A program made the position numbers and the translations under genes. This document shows, in pieces, positions 41,387 to 51,313 of a DNA stretch of 64,000 bases; position 1 is the first letter of the stretch; each line of letters starts with the position of its first letter. The notes under the pieces are model-generated. The model was not told where the DNA came from. It searched no databases and was given only the letters and a program-made list of their open reading frames with translations. The stretch comes from Cyanobacteriota bacterium (lineage in GTDB: Bacteria > Cyanobacteriota > Cyanobacteriia > PCC-6307 > Cyanobiaceae). Where the stretch lies: assembly GCA_046052125.1 (NCBI GenBank), contig JBJOMY010000005.1, forward strand, positions 96,001 through 160,000, written 5' to 3'.

Positions 41387-42598
41387 ATGAACACCTACGG
41401 GCGCTTCCCCCTCGAACTGGTGCGCGGCCGGGGCGTCTGGGTGTGGGACCACCAGGGTCGCCGCTACCTCGATGGGGTCGCCGGCATCGCGGTGTGCACC
41501 CTTGGGCACAGCAACCCGGTGATGCGACGGGCGCTCGCTCGGCAGCTGCGCAAACTGCAGCACGTTTCAAACCTCTATCGGATTCCTGAACAGGAGCAAC
41601 TGGCGGCCTGGATCACAGCCAACAGCTGTGCCGATGCCGTGTTCTTCTGCAATTCCGGCGCCGAAGCCAATGAAGGGGCGATCAAGCTGGCCCGCAAGCA
41701 CGGCCATCAGGTGCGCGGCATCAGCAGCGAGGGTGCTGGGCCTCTGATCCTCACCGCCCAGGCCAGCTTCCATGGCCGCACGCTTGCGGCGGTGACGGCC
41801 ACAGGCCAGCCCAAATACCACCAGGGCTTTGAGCCGATGGTGCAGGGATTCCGCTACTTCCCATACAACGACACCGCCGCCTTCGAGGCTCTGCTGGCCG
41901 AGTGCGAGAAGGACGGCCCCAGGGTGGCCGCGGTGATGCTCGAGCCGTTGCAGGGCGAAGGCGGCGTGAACCCCGGCAACCGCGCCTTCTTCCAGCGGGT
42001 GCGCGAGCTGTGCAGCCAGCACAACATCCTGCTGATCTTCGATGAGGTGCAGGTGGGCGTCGGCCGCACGGGCCGGCTCTGGGGCTACCAGAAACTGGGC
42101 GTGGAGCCCGATGCCTTCACCCTGGCCAAGGGCCTGGGCGGCGGCTTTCCTATTGGCGCCCTCTGTGTGAAAGCGGCGGTGGATCACCTGCGCCCTGGCG
42201 AACACGCCAGCACCTTCGGCGGCAATCCTCTGGCCTGCCGCGCGGGCCTCACGGTGGCCGAAGAGCTGGTGCGCCGCAAACTTCCAGCCCACGCCGAAGC
42301 GATGGGCCAACTGCTTCAGGAGCAACTCAGCGCCCTGGTGGCCCGCCACCCCACGCTCGCCGAAGGCTGCCGTGGCTGGGGATTGCTCCAGGGCCTGGTG
42401 CTCAGGGCCGACGGTCCCGCCGCCATCGATGTGGTGAAGGCAGCGATGGGTCAGGGCCTGCTGCTGGTGCCCGCCGGCACCAATGTGGTGCGCTTCGTGC
42501 CGCCGCTCACCATCCAGCCCCGCCACATCCGCGAAGCGGTGAAGCGGCTGGAGACAGCTCTGATCGCGTGTCAGCCGCAGACCCCTTCAGCGACCTGA
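41387..42598 (+). CDS. argD: Acetylornithine aminotransferase
   Basis: MNTYGRF, NSGAEANE, SFHGRT, EPLQGEGG, DEVQVG, AKGLGGG, HASTFGGNP. Confidence 0.92.
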   Translation: MNTYGRFPLELVRGRGVWVWDHQGRRYLDGVAGIAVCTLGHSNPVMRRALARQLRKLQHVSNLYRIPEQEQLAAWITANSCADAVFFCNSGAEANEGAIKLARKHGHQVRGISSEGAGPLILTAQASFHGRTLAAVTATGQPKYHQGFEPMVQGFRYFPYNDTAAFEALLAECEKDGPRVAAVMLEPLQGEGGVNPGNRAFFQRVRELCSQHNILLIFDEVQVGVGRTGRLWGYQKLGVEPDAFTLAKGLGGGFPIGALCVKAAVDHLRPGEHASTFGGNPLACRAGLTVAEELVRRKLPAHAEAMGQLLQEQLSALVARHPTLAEGCRGWGLLQGLVLRADGPAAIDVVKAAMGQGLLLVPAGTNVVRFVPPLTIQPRHIREAVKRLETALIACQPQTPSAT

Positions 42599-43797
42599 TC
42601 GCTCCCTTCAGCCGCCGGGGCGTTGACCTCGGCCTCGACAGGCTGGAAGCCGCTTTGGCGGATCTAGGGCATCCCGAGCGCCGCTTCGCTGCGGTGCAGG
42701 TGGCCGGCACCAATGGCAAGGGCTCGATCAGCACGATGATCCACGCCATCGCCACGGCAGCCGGCATTCGCTGTGGGCTCTACACCTCACCCCACCTGCT
42801 GAGTTGGTGTGAGCGAATCCGTCTGCCCGAGGGCCTGATCAGTACGGAGCATCTGCAACGACTGTTGCGCGACTTACAGCCGGTGGCTCTGCGCCACGAC
42901 CTCACCCCCTTCGAGCTGGTGACCGCCGCTGCCATGCAGGCGTTCGCCGAGGCCGAGGCCGAGCTCGTGGTGCTGGAGGTGGGACTGGGAGGCCGGCTCG
43001 ATGCCACCACGGTGCACCCCAGCCGCCAGGTGCTCGCTTTCGCCAGCATCGGCCGCGATCACACCGAACATCTGGGCCCCACCATCAGCGCCATCGCGGC
43101 CGAGAAGGCGGGAGTGCTGCATGGCGCAGCCATCGCAATCAGCGGTCCGCAAGTTGGCGAAGCGGCCCAGGTGCTGACAGAACAGGCCCAACGGATCGGT
43201 TGCTCACTGCGTTGGGTTGCTCCGTTGCCTGCTCTTGGGGAGGGCGGGCCGGAACTGGGCCTGCGGGGAGATTTGCAGAGGCTCAATGGGGCCGTAGCAA
43301 CGGGCGCAGCTGAAGCGCTTGGCGAGCTCGGCTGGCCGATCGATGCAGCAGCGATCGCGCAAGGACTGAGACAAGCCCGCTGGCCAGGGCGGCTCGACCA
43401 TCGGCTCTTTGAAGGCCAGCCGTTGCTGCTAGACGGCGCCCACAACCCACCGGCAGCAGCAGCACTCAGACAGGAGCTGGATCAGCTGGAGCGCCAGGCC
43501 GGCGGCACCACACCCCGGCGCTGGCTAATCGGGATGCAGCGCCATAAAGATGCGCCGGAGCTGCTGCGCACCCTGCTGCGGCCGGGAGATCAGGTGCGGG
43601 TGGTATCCCTTCCTGAGGAGCACAGCAGCTGGAGCGCGGCAGAGCTGCAGGCCGCCACGGGTCTTGCCATGGAGCAGGGTGAGGGCCACCTCTGCGACCA
43701 GCTGCACTGGTTGATGCAATCGACAGCGCTGCCTGTGGCCTGCGGCTCCCTTTATCTCGTGGCGGAGCTTCTTCCTCTGCTCAAGGCGACAGACTGA
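42568..43797 (+). CDS. folC: Folylpolyglutamate synthase/dihydrofolate synthase
   Basis: VAGTNGKGS, YTSPHL, LEVGLGGRLDAT, WPGR, LDGAHNP, GSLY. Confidence 0.95.
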   Translation: MSAADPFSDLIAPFSRRGVDLGLDRLEAALADLGHPERRFAAVQVAGTNGKGSISTMIHAIATAAGIRCGLYTSPHLLSWCERIRLPEGLISTEHLQRLLRDLQPVALRHDLTPFELVTAAAMQAFAEAEAELVVLEVGLGGRLDATTVHPSRQVLAFASIGRDHTEHLGPTISAIAAEKAGVLHGAAIAISGPQVGEAAQVLTEQAQRIGCSLRWVAPLPALGEGGPELGLRGDLQRLNGAVATGAAEALGELGWPIDAAAIAQGLRQARWPGRLDHRLFEGQPLLLDGAHNPPAAAALRQELDQLERQAGGTTPRRWLIGMQRHKDAPELLRTLLRPGDQVRVVSLPEEHSSWSAAELQAATGLAMEQGEGHLCDQLHWLMQSTALPVACGSLYLVAELLPLLKATD

Positions 43798-43816
43798 GCG
43801 CAGACGCCCGGGCCCC

Positions 43817-44365
43817 ATGGAATTCCGCCGCCATCCCCATGGATTTGGCCGCTGGCTCACCGGTCTGCTCGCCGGTCTCTGGCTGCTGCTGCTCGCCCTG
43901 CCCGCCCAAGCTCTCGACACCAGCTCCGGTGTGGGGCTTCAGGATCGCGCCCTGTTCCAGGACACGGTGGATTACACCCTCACCAACCAGAGCGGCAAGA
44001 ACTTCTCCGGCCAGCAGCTGGCCAACACCTCCTTCGCCGGCGCCGTTGGCAAGGGCGCCAACTTTGCAGGGGCAAACCTGCACGGGGCGATCTTCACTCA
44101 GGGGGCCTTCCCCGAGGCCGACTTCAGCGGCGCTGACCTGAGCGATGTGCTGCTGGATCGCACCGACATGAGCCACACCAACCTGCGCAATGCCCTGCTG
44201 ATCGGTGTGATCGGCGCTGGAGCCAGCTTCACCGGCGCCGATGTCACCGGTGCTGACTTCAGCGATGCCTTGATCGACCGGGTTGATCAGCGCCAGCTCT
44301 GCACCCGGGCCAGCGGCACCAACCCCGTGACTGGGGTAGACACCCGCGCCAGCCTCGGCTGCTAG
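43817..44365 (+). CDS. Secreted/lumenal pentapeptide repeat protein
   Basis: Signal peptide; A(D/N)(F/L)xx repeats; C-terminal LC..ASGTNPVTGVDTRASLGC. Confidence 0.9.
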   Translation: MEFRRHPHGFGRWLTGLLAGLWLLLLALPAQALDTSSGVGLQDRALFQDTVDYTLTNQSGKNFSGQQLANTSFAGAVGKGANFAGANLHGAIFTQGAFPEADFSGADLSDVLLDRTDMSHTNLRNALLIGVIGAGASFTGADVTGADFSDALIDRVDQRQLCTRASGTNPVTGVDTRASLGC

Positions 44366-45759
44366 CGCTCAAGCCAGCCCCGCAGCTTCCCGGGATTCAG
44401 CAAGCCCGAGGGGTCGTAAAGGGCCTTGGCCGCCACCTGTTCGGCGTCTATGCCCCCCAGGCCTCCGTCCTCCACAGTGATCGCGTGGGGGTTGAACAGC
44501 AGGCAGCCGAGATCGCAGGCGTGCTCGATCAGGGTTTGCAACTCCTCGCGGCCGCGCCAGCGCACCAGAGGCAAACAGGCCAGCCGCTGCTGCCCCTGGG
44601 CGCGCACGGCCTCCAGATGCCAGAGGAGATCGTCGCCCCAACGCTCCCGCAAGGCCGACAGCACGGGAGCCTCCGGCTGCGGCAGCAGCAACTGCAGATA
44701 GGTGAAGGCCGGATCGTGGGCGCGGGCGTGCAGGGTGGTGTGGTTCCAGCACAGCTCCCGTAGGGGAATGCCACGGCTCTGGCCCTGGGGCGCCTGCCAG
44801 ATCAAGCGGGCACCCCAGCGGGGCAACAGCGCCTCAAGAGCCGGCAAAGCATCGGGGGCCGCCAGCACCAGCAGGCGGTGCCCATCGGCCGAAGCCGCCG
44901 GGCAACCCTGCGGCGAAGGCAACAGCCGGGCCACCGCAGCTTCCACCGCACACAGAGCATTGAGCAGCAGAGCCGCGGCCGGCAGCTGCTGGGCTGCCGC
45001 CAGGGCCGACTCCCAGGAGGGGAACTCCAACACCAGTTGCTGCCAGGGCACGGCGGCGGCGCTGGCCATGGTGACCGCGGTGATGATGCCGTTGCAGCCG
45101 TAGGCGTGGTTCACCGCCTGGGCGGCGGTGGCATCGAGCTGCAGCAGGCGCGGCTCCGCTTCCAGAGTGACAATCTCCAACCCCAGCAGATGGCCGGGGT
45201 CGCGGAGGAACCCCCAGCGCAGCGAGCCGATCCCGCTGGAGCCCCCGGCCAGATAACCAGCCAGGCTGGCGCTGCGCACGGTGCTGGGCAGCAGGCGCAG
45301 CTCGCGGCCATGGGCCTGCAGCTGCTGCTCCAGATCAGCCAGAAGGATGCCCGCTTCAGCGGTAAAAACGCCGCTGCCGGCCTCCACGTGCCGCAAGCGA
45401 TTCATGGCACTCAGCTCCAGCACCAGTCCACCCGCCAGGGGAATGGCCTGGCCGTAGTTGCCCGTGCCGGCTCCCCTCAGGGTGAGGCTCACCCCGTGAC
45501 GCGCGCAGGCAGCCGCCACCGCCAGAACCTCGTCGCTGCTGCTGGCGCGCACCCCCACCTGGGGCCGCAGCCCCTGCAGCAAGGGCTGCAGCACAGGCGA
45601 ATACACAAAGGCATCGGCAGCGAGCTGCTCGAGTTCACCGCTGCTGCGCAATGGCATCAGCCCCGCGGCTCGCAGATCAGCGGCGAGCTGCTCCAGCTTC
45701 TCAGGGCTGGCCGGCTGCGGCAGGGGCTGGGGCAGAGCGCTGGGCAGCAACAGGGCCAT
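44362..45759 (-). CDS. FAD-binding oxidoreductase (FAD_binding_4 / GlcD-like)
   Basis: RGAGTGNYGQAIP, GGSSGIGS, HAYGCNGII, DPSGLLNPGK. Confidence 0.88.
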   Translation of the reverse strand: MALLLPSALPQPLPQPASPEKLEQLAADLRAAGLMPLRSSGELEQLAADAFVYSPVLQPLLQGLRPQVGVRASSSDEVLAVAAACARHGVSLTLRGAGTGNYGQAIPLAGGLVLELSAMNRLRHVEAGSGVFTAEAGILLADLEQQLQAHGRELRLLPSTVRSASLAGYLAGGSSGIGSLRWGFLRDPGHLLGLEIVTLEAEPRLLQLDATAAQAVNHAYGCNGIITAVTMASAAAVPWQQLVLEFPSWESALAAAQQLPAAALLLNALCAVEAAVARLLPSPQGCPAASADGHRLLVLAAPDALPALEALLPRWGARLIWQAPQGQSRGIPLRELCWNHTTLHARAHDPAFTYLQLLLPQPEAPVLSALRERWGDDLLWHLEAVRAQGQQRLACLPLVRWRGREELQTLIEHACDLGCLLFNPHAITVEDGGLGGIDAEQVAAKALYDPSGLLNPGKLRGWLER

Positions 45760-45766
45760 CAGGGGC

Positions 45767-47062
45767 TCAGGGGGCAGCAGGAAGCCCCAGGCTGGCAAGG
45801 CTTGGCGTCGGCTGCTCGGCGATCGCGGGCGGCAGCCACTGGCCCGCGCGCAGCACCCGCCGCTGCGGGGGGCGCGCTAGCAACTCGCTCCAACTGCTGG
45901 CACTCGTTATTAAGAGATCCGCAGGCGCTCCATGGCGCACGATGCCGTCCCAAGTCAGCGCGAGCATTCGCGATGGCACGGTCGTGAAGGGCGTCAGCCC
46001 CTGGCGCTGCCAGGGGGGGCAATGCGCCACGCGGCTGGCGAACCGCAACAACTCCAACGGATCGAAATCACCGCCGGGATCCCAGGGATCCTGCACGTTG
46101 TCGCCGCCCACGGCCACGGCCACACCCGCCCGCTGCAGTTGCCGCACCGGAGCCAGCGGCCGCTGGGCGAGATCCTGATCCCCGCAGCGGCCGAGCAGCC
46201 AGAAGTTGGTGGTGGGTAGAGCCACCACCGCTACCTGCCGCTGGGCCAGTCGATCCGCCAGCCGCTGCTGGGCTGCCAGAGGAAGCAGGCCCATGCTGCT
46301 GGCATGGCTGCAGGTGATCGGCACCTCAGGCCGCAGGCGATCCAATTGATCCAACAGCAGGCGAATGCCAAGGCCAGGAGCATCGCCGCTCTCATCCACG
46401 TGCAAATCCACACCGCACCCCAGCTCCTCCGCCAGCTGCAGCAGCGCCTGAAGCGCCTGCGGATCGCGCCGCCCCCGCGGGTACGGCGGCCCCAGCACCC
46501 CACCCAACACCCCGCCGGCTGCAGCCACCCGGCGCGCCAAAGCCTGGCCCTCGGAGCTGCTCCAGTGATCGAGCGGCACGAGAGCCACCAGCTGCAGGTC
46601 CACGCGCCCGCGCCACTGCTGCTGCAACGCCAGCAAGGCTTCCCAACTGGGTTCCGCGGCCGGGCCGCCGCTATCCACATGGCTGCGGATCGCCCGCAGG
46701 CCGTAGCGCCAGGCTTGATCCAGAGCCCGCTCACCCCGTTGGCGGACCTGCTCTGCGCTGCGCTGCTGCCCCTCGTTGAGATTCACCTCAAGGGCAGCAG
46801 CCATGCCGCCGCTGCGATTGGGATGCCCAGCCCAGCTGAAGGCCTTATCGAGGTGGGCGTGGGCCTCCACCGGAGGCGTGATCGCCAGTGGCAGACCCCG
46901 CGCTGAAGGCAGGGGGCGGATGGCTGCGATGCGCCCATCCTCTAGATCCAGCTGCACCGGCAGCAGGCCCTCGGCATCGCCGCAGGGGAGATCCCGCTGA
47001 AGCGGATCGAGCAGCGCGCGCGACAGCTGCACATGCAGGCTGCGCGGCGATTCAGCCCCCAT
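45767..47062 (-). CDS. Cytosine deaminase-like amidohydrolase
   Basis: HAHLDK, RSHVD, LHVDES, SHASS, GGDNVQDPW. Confidence 0.85.
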   Translation of the reverse strand: MGAESPRSLHVQLSRALLDPLQRDLPCGDAEGLLPVQLDLEDGRIAAIRPLPSARGLPLAITPPVEAHAHLDKAFSWAGHPNRSGGMAAALEVNLNEGQQRSAEQVRQRGERALDQAWRYGLRAIRSHVDSGGPAAEPSWEALLALQQQWRGRVDLQLVALVPLDHWSSSEGQALARRVAAAGGVLGGVLGPPYPRGRRDPQALQALLQLAEELGCGVDLHVDESGDAPGLGIRLLLDQLDRLRPEVPITCSHASSMGLLPLAAQQRLADRLAQRQVAVVALPTTNFWLLGRCGDQDLAQRPLAPVRQLQRAGVAVAVGGDNVQDPWDPGGDFDPLELLRFASRVAHCPPWQRQGLTPFTTVPSRMLALTWDGIVRHGAPADLLITSASSWSELLARPPQRRVLRAGQWLPPAIAEQPTPSLASLGLPAAP

Positions 47063-47462
47063 GGCTCGATGCGCTGAGCATCAGCAGCTGACCTGCAGCC
47101 CCGAGGGTGAGAACGCTGTAGCGCGGCAGGGTGAGACCCGGAAGCAGGGTCTGTCCACCCAGCTGGGTGCTGTAGAGGCTGAACAGGCCCGCGTTGGTGC
47201 GGCGGCTGCCGGCCAGAGCCAGCTGGCCCAGGGCAGCCTGCTGGCTCTGGATCAGCTCCGAGCAGTTCTGGATCAGCAGGCGAGCCACCATCGGCAGGCC
47301 GCCATTGCTGCAGAGCTCCTCGTCGGCGAGTTGCACCAACTGCTCGCCAGCGAACGCCTCGAACTCCTGCTCGCCTGGATTCGTCGCCACCAGGGCTCCG
47401 CCGAGCAGCAGCACCGCGATCCCCCAGCCCCATGGCCTGCTCGAACCGCCGCGCCAGTCCAT
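47052..47462 (-). CDS. DUF4359-like protein
   Basis: Hydrophobic N-terminus then TNPG...RTNAGLFSLYST. Confidence 0.7.
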   Translation of the reverse strand: MDWRGGSSRPWGWGIAVLLLGGALVATNPGEQEFEAFAGEQLVQLADEELCSNGGLPMVARLLIQNCSELIQSQQAALGQLALAGSRRTNAGLFSLYSTQLGGQTLLPGLTLPRYSVLTLGAAGQLLMLSASSHGG

Positions 47463-47501
47463 CCGGAGCTTCAACTCACCTTGATAGGATCGCGCAGCCC
47501 T

Positions 47502-47575
47502 GGCGGGCGTAGCCAAGTGGTTAAGGCACCGGATTGTGATTCCGGCATTCGGGGGTTCAAGTCCCCTCGTCCGCC
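47502..47575 (+). tRNA. tRNA-His(GTG)
   Basis: G-1 then GCGGGCG acceptor, anticodon arm CCGGA-TTGTGAT-TCCGG, GGTTCAAGTCC, C discriminator. Confidence 0.96.
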
Positions 47576-47582
47576 CCTGAAC

Positions 47583-47617
47583 GAAGCCCCTGTCACTCCC
47601 TGAGTGGCAGGGGCTTC
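47583..47617. terminator. Long hairpin between convergent tRNA-His and DUF1611 gene (probable bidirectional terminator)
   Basis: GAAGCCCCTGTCACTC-CCT-GAGTGGCAGGGGCTTC, 16-bp stem with one G.U pair; no clear U-tract. Confidence 0.7.
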
Positions 47618-48686
47618 ACCCTTTGGCGAGCAGCGCATCCAGCAGGCCCTCGGCTCCGGAACGCACGGGATCGAGCACCGGCAGACCGGTTTCACGGGCC
47701 AGCCGTTGCGCCTGCTCAGCCGCAGCTTCGGCATCCAACAACGCTGTATTGAGGGCAACGGCCCGCACCCGCGGCCGCAGGCCATCGGGACGCCCCAGGG
47801 CCGCCAAGGCTTCGCAGGCAGCGATCAGCTCTGGCAGCGGCGGAATCGCCACGGGCTCCGCGCCAGGCCGAGTGCGCACATGGCTCTGACCAGCCCGGTG
47901 CACCAGCAGCAAATCCGTGGGCTGACTGCCGCGCATCAACGGCAGCGTGGCCGTGGAGCCGGGATGGGCCAACGAGCCCTGGCCCTCCACCAGCACCAGA
48001 GCCTCTGGGCCAGCCCCTTCCGCTGCAGCGAGCACCGCCGCCTCCACAGCACCACCGGCGTAATCCACCCGCACGGCATCCAGCGCCACCCCCTGGCCGC
48101 TGATCAGGATCCCGGCCTGACCGGTGCCCACGAAGCGCGCATCGATGCCGCGCCGTTGCGCCGCGGCGTGCAGCTCCAGGCAGGCGCTCATCTTGCCCAC
48201 GGCCATATCTGACCCCACCGCCAAAACGCGGCGGCAGGGCAACTGGGCGCAACGGGCCGTGGCCACCTCCAGATCCGCCGGCTCCTGGCGCAGATCCCAG
48301 ATCCACTGCTCTTGCGCCAGGGGCAGCGAGGCGAACTCCGGATCTTCAGCCAGGCGGCTGTGCAGACCGCTGGCCAAGCTCACCCCTGCCCGCAGCGCAG
48401 TCACCACATCAGCGCGCATCTCCGCAGGCAATCGGCCACCGGATGGCGCCAAACCCACCACCGCCACCGCAGGCCCGTAGGCCAGGGCAGCGGCCATGTC
48501 CTCCACCACCGGCACAGACCGTTCAATACCTGTGATCGCCCTCAGATCAGCTCCGGCATGGGCAGGATCAATCACCGCCACGATCGGCCCCTGGCGGTAG
48601 CGCAGCATCGCCAGACCGGTTTTGCCCGAGAGGTTGTCGAGACCGCCGTGCTGCAGCAACACCAGCGGAGCGTCGGCGCTGAGCAT
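47616..48686 (-). CDS. DUF1611 family protein (DgcN-like)
   Basis: GKTG, SGLH, VGSDMAVGKM, GTGQAGILI, VEGQGSLAHP, GSQP. Confidence 0.88.
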   Translation of the reverse strand: MLSADAPLVLLQHGGLDNLSGKTGLAMLRYRQGPIVAVIDPAHAGADLRAITGIERSVPVVEDMAAALAYGPAVAVVGLAPSGGRLPAEMRADVVTALRAGVSLASGLHSRLAEDPEFASLPLAQEQWIWDLRQEPADLEVATARCAQLPCRRVLAVGSDMAVGKMSACLELHAAAQRRGIDARFVGTGQAGILISGQGVALDAVRVDYAGGAVEAAVLAAAEGAGPEALVLVEGQGSLAHPGSTATLPLMRGSQPTDLLLVHRAGQSHVRTRPGAEPVAIPPLPELIAACEALAALGRPDGLRPRVRAVALNTALLDAEAAAEQAQRLARETGLPVLDPVRSGAEGLLDALLAKG

Positions 48687-49750
48687 CAGCCCACCTCCTG
48701 CAGTTGCTGAGCGCCAAGGCCTTGCCGCTCCGCCGGCTGGAGCAGATCCCCGTGGCGCTCGGGGCCGGCGAAGGGATCGTCAACCAAGTTGAGGTGGCTA
48801 TCGAGATCGGGCCAGCGCACCAGTGGCAATAGCTGGGCGGCTGCGCTGTTCAGAAGGCCGCCATCGGAATAGCAACCGAGCATCACCCCCAGCCCCAACC
48901 GGCGCGCCGTGCGAGCCATCAGCAAGCCCTCGCTGAGCCCACCGCACTTCACCAACTTGATGTTGATGCCATCCACGTGGGGGGCCAGACGCAGCAGATC
49001 CCGCAGATCCCAGCAGCTCTCATCGGCCACCAGCGGAATCGGTGCCAAGCCCTTCAGGGCCGCAAAGCCAGCGGTATCCGCCTCACGATCGTTCTGCGGT
49101 GGCAGGGGCTGCTCCACCAGCACCACCTCCTGATCCGCCAGCCAGGGGATCATCTGCCGGGCTCCTTCGAGCGTCCAGCCGCCATTGGCATCGATCTGCA
49201 GTTCATCGCCGGGGCGCAACGCGGCGCGCACCGCTTGCACCAAGGCGCGGTCGTGGTCGAGGCCATCGGGAGATCCCAGCTTGAGCTTGATGCGGGTGGA
49301 GGGCAGTTGCAGCCGCCAGCGCTCAAGCCGCGCCAGCACCGCCGAGGGCTCCCCAAGCCCGAGGGTGACGCTGGTGGCGACACAGGCTCCCGGATCCAGC
49401 CCCCAGAGCCGGTGCAGCGGCTGCTCCAAGCGCTGCCCCCACCAATCGTGCAAGGCCAGATCAAGGCCGCAGCGCGCCGGTGGACTGAGGGCCGCCAGCA
49501 GCGGTTCGAGCGCCTGCAGCGGCTGGGGCTCGAGGCACTCCAGCTGCGGCGCCAGGTGTTCCAGTTCCGCCGCGATCGCGTCCGTGCTGAAGGCGCGATG
49601 ACCCGTGTCGAAGCCGCCGGTTTCACCCCGGCCGATCCGCCCCTCGTGCTCCAGCTCCACCAGCAGATGCTCCACAGCCGTGGTGGTGCCGCGGCTGATC
49701 GCCAGAGGCACGGCCTTGGTCAGCGGAAAGCGATGCAGGCGAAGGCGCAT
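48686..49750 (-). CDS. Dipeptide epimerase / enolase-superfamily racemase (DgcA-like)
   Basis: KLKLG, DANGGW, EQP, ADES, NIKLVKCGG, DLD. Confidence 0.88.
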   Translation of the reverse strand: MRLRLHRFPLTKAVPLAISRGTTTAVEHLLVELEHEGRIGRGETGGFDTGHRAFSTDAIAAELEHLAPQLECLEPQPLQALEPLLAALSPPARCGLDLALHDWWGQRLEQPLHRLWGLDPGACVATSVTLGLGEPSAVLARLERWRLQLPSTRIKLKLGSPDGLDHDRALVQAVRAALRPGDELQIDANGGWTLEGARQMIPWLADQEVVLVEQPLPPQNDREADTAGFAALKGLAPIPLVADESCWDLRDLLRLAPHVDGINIKLVKCGGLSEGLLMARTARRLGLGVMLGCYSDGGLLNSAAAQLLPLVRWPDLDSHLNLVDDPFAGPERHGDLLQPAERQGLGAQQLQEVG

Positions 49751-49854
49751 AGCCCCTCGGCGCTCTCATCAAGCTGGCACAGATCGGCCGCGCCAGCAGC
49801 TGGGCGGCAACACCCCTTGCACGCCCTCAACCAGCGATACCGGAAACTGGAGCG

Positions 49855-51252
49855 ATGACGGCGACACAACTCAGCGCACCCCCCGCACCGACGGCGGCAG
49901 AGAGCGGGCGCGGCAGCTACTGGATCACCACCTTCGGCTGCCAGATGAACAAGGCGGATTCCGAGCGGATGGCCGGGATCCTCGAATCGATGGGCTATCG
50001 CGAAGCCCAGGCCGAGCTCGAGGCCGATCTGGTGCTCTACAACACCTGCACAATCCGCGATAACGCCGAGCAGAAGGTTTACAGCTACTTAGGCCGTCAG
50101 GCGCAGCGCAAACGCAGCAACCCCAACCTCACCCTGGTGGTGGCCGGCTGCGTAGCTCAGCAGGAAGGCGAATCGCTGCTGCGGCGCGTGCCCGAGCTGG
50201 ATCTGGTGATGGGGCCGCAGCACGCCAACCGCCTCGATGTGCTGCTGGCTCAGGTGGAGCAGGGCCAGCAGGTGGTGGCCACCGAAGAGCACCACATCCT
50301 TGAAGACATCACCACCGCCCGCCGCGACAGCACGATCTGCGGCTGGGTGAACGTGATCTACGGCTGCAACGAGCGCTGCACCTACTGCGTGGTGCCCTCT
50401 GTGCGCGGTAAGGAGCAATCCCGCCTGCCGGAGGCGATCAAGCTCGAGATGGAAGGGCTGGCCGCCCAGGGGTTCAAGGAGATCACTCTGCTGGGCCAGA
50501 ACATCGATGCCTATGGCCGTGATCTCCCCGGCATCACGCCGGAGGGTCGCCGCCAGCACACCCTCACCGATCTGCTGCAGTTCGTGCACGACGTGAAGGG
50601 GATCGAGCGGATCCGCTTCGCCACCAGCCACCCGCGCTATTTCACCGAGCGGCTGATCGATGCCTGCGCTGATCTGCCAAAGGTGTGCGAACACTTCCAC
50701 GTCCCCTTCCAGAGCGGCGACGACGACGTGCTCAAGGCGATGGCCCGCGGCTACACGGTGGATCGCTACCGCCGCATCATCGAGCGCATCCGCGAGCGCA
50801 TGCCCGATGCCTCGATCAGCGCCGATGTGATCGTGGCCTTCCCCGGTGAAACTGACGCCCAATACCGCCGCACCCTCGATCTGATCGAGGAGATCGGCTT
50901 CGATCAGGTAAACACCGCCGCCTATTCCCCCCGCCCCAACACCCCCGCCGCCGATTGGCCGAACCAGCTGAGCGAGGAGGTGAAGGTGGAGCGTCTACGC
51001 GAGATCAATGCGCTGGTGGAGCGGGTGGCCCGGGAGCGAAGTGCCCGCTACGCCGGCCGCACGGAGCAGGTGCTCGTGGAGGGCATCAACCCGAAGGATC
51101 CCGAGCAGGTGATGGGTCGCACCCGCACCAATCGCCTCACCTTCTTCCCCGCCGCCAACAGCGCGGGCGGCCACTGGCAGGCCGGTGATCTGGTGGAGGT
51201 GCGCATCGATGAGGTGCGGCCCTTCTCTCTGAGCGGCACTGCCATTACCTAA
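49855..51252 (+). CDS. miaB: tRNA-2-methylthio-N6-isopentenyladenosine synthase
   Basis: [31 protein letters not shown] radical SAM motif, TRAM domain. Confidence 0.97.
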   Translation: MTATQLSAPPAPTAAESGRGSYWITTFGCQMNKADSERMAGILESMGYREAQAELEADLVLYNTCTIRDNAEQKVYSYLGRQAQRKRSNPNLTLVVAGCVAQQEGESLLRRVPELDLVMGPQHANRLDVLLAQVEQGQQVVATEEHHILEDITTARRDSTICGWVNVIYGCNERCTYCVVPSVRGKEQSRLPEAIKLEMEGLAAQGFKEITLLGQNIDAYGRDLPGITPEGRRQHTLTDLLQFVHDVKGIERIRFATSHPRYFTERLIDACADLPKVCEHFHVPFQSGDDDVLKAMARGYTVDRYRRIIERIRERMPDASISADVIVAFPGETDAQYRRTLDLIEEIGFDQVNTAAYSPRPNTPAADWPNQLSEEVKVERLREINALVERVARERSARYAGRTEQVLVEGINPKDPEQVMGRTRTNRLTFFPAANSAGGHWQAGDLVEVRIDEVRPFSLSGTAIT

Positions 51253-51313
51253 AGCTCCAGGCCTGGTCAGGGCCTGAATCGCTGATACGTTTGGCCTCTC
51301 CTATCCGGTCCCG

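Noticed and set aside
43990..44280. Periodic sequence that could suggest a repeat array or CRISPR
   Set aside because: Explained by pentapeptide-repeat coding; no identical repeats with unique spacers and no cas genes in the window.
47576..47620. Possible genomic island or att site at tRNA-His, likewise at both tRNA-Leu genes
   Set aside because: No integrase, no duplicated tRNA 3' end seen and no compositional shift; core genes follow directly.
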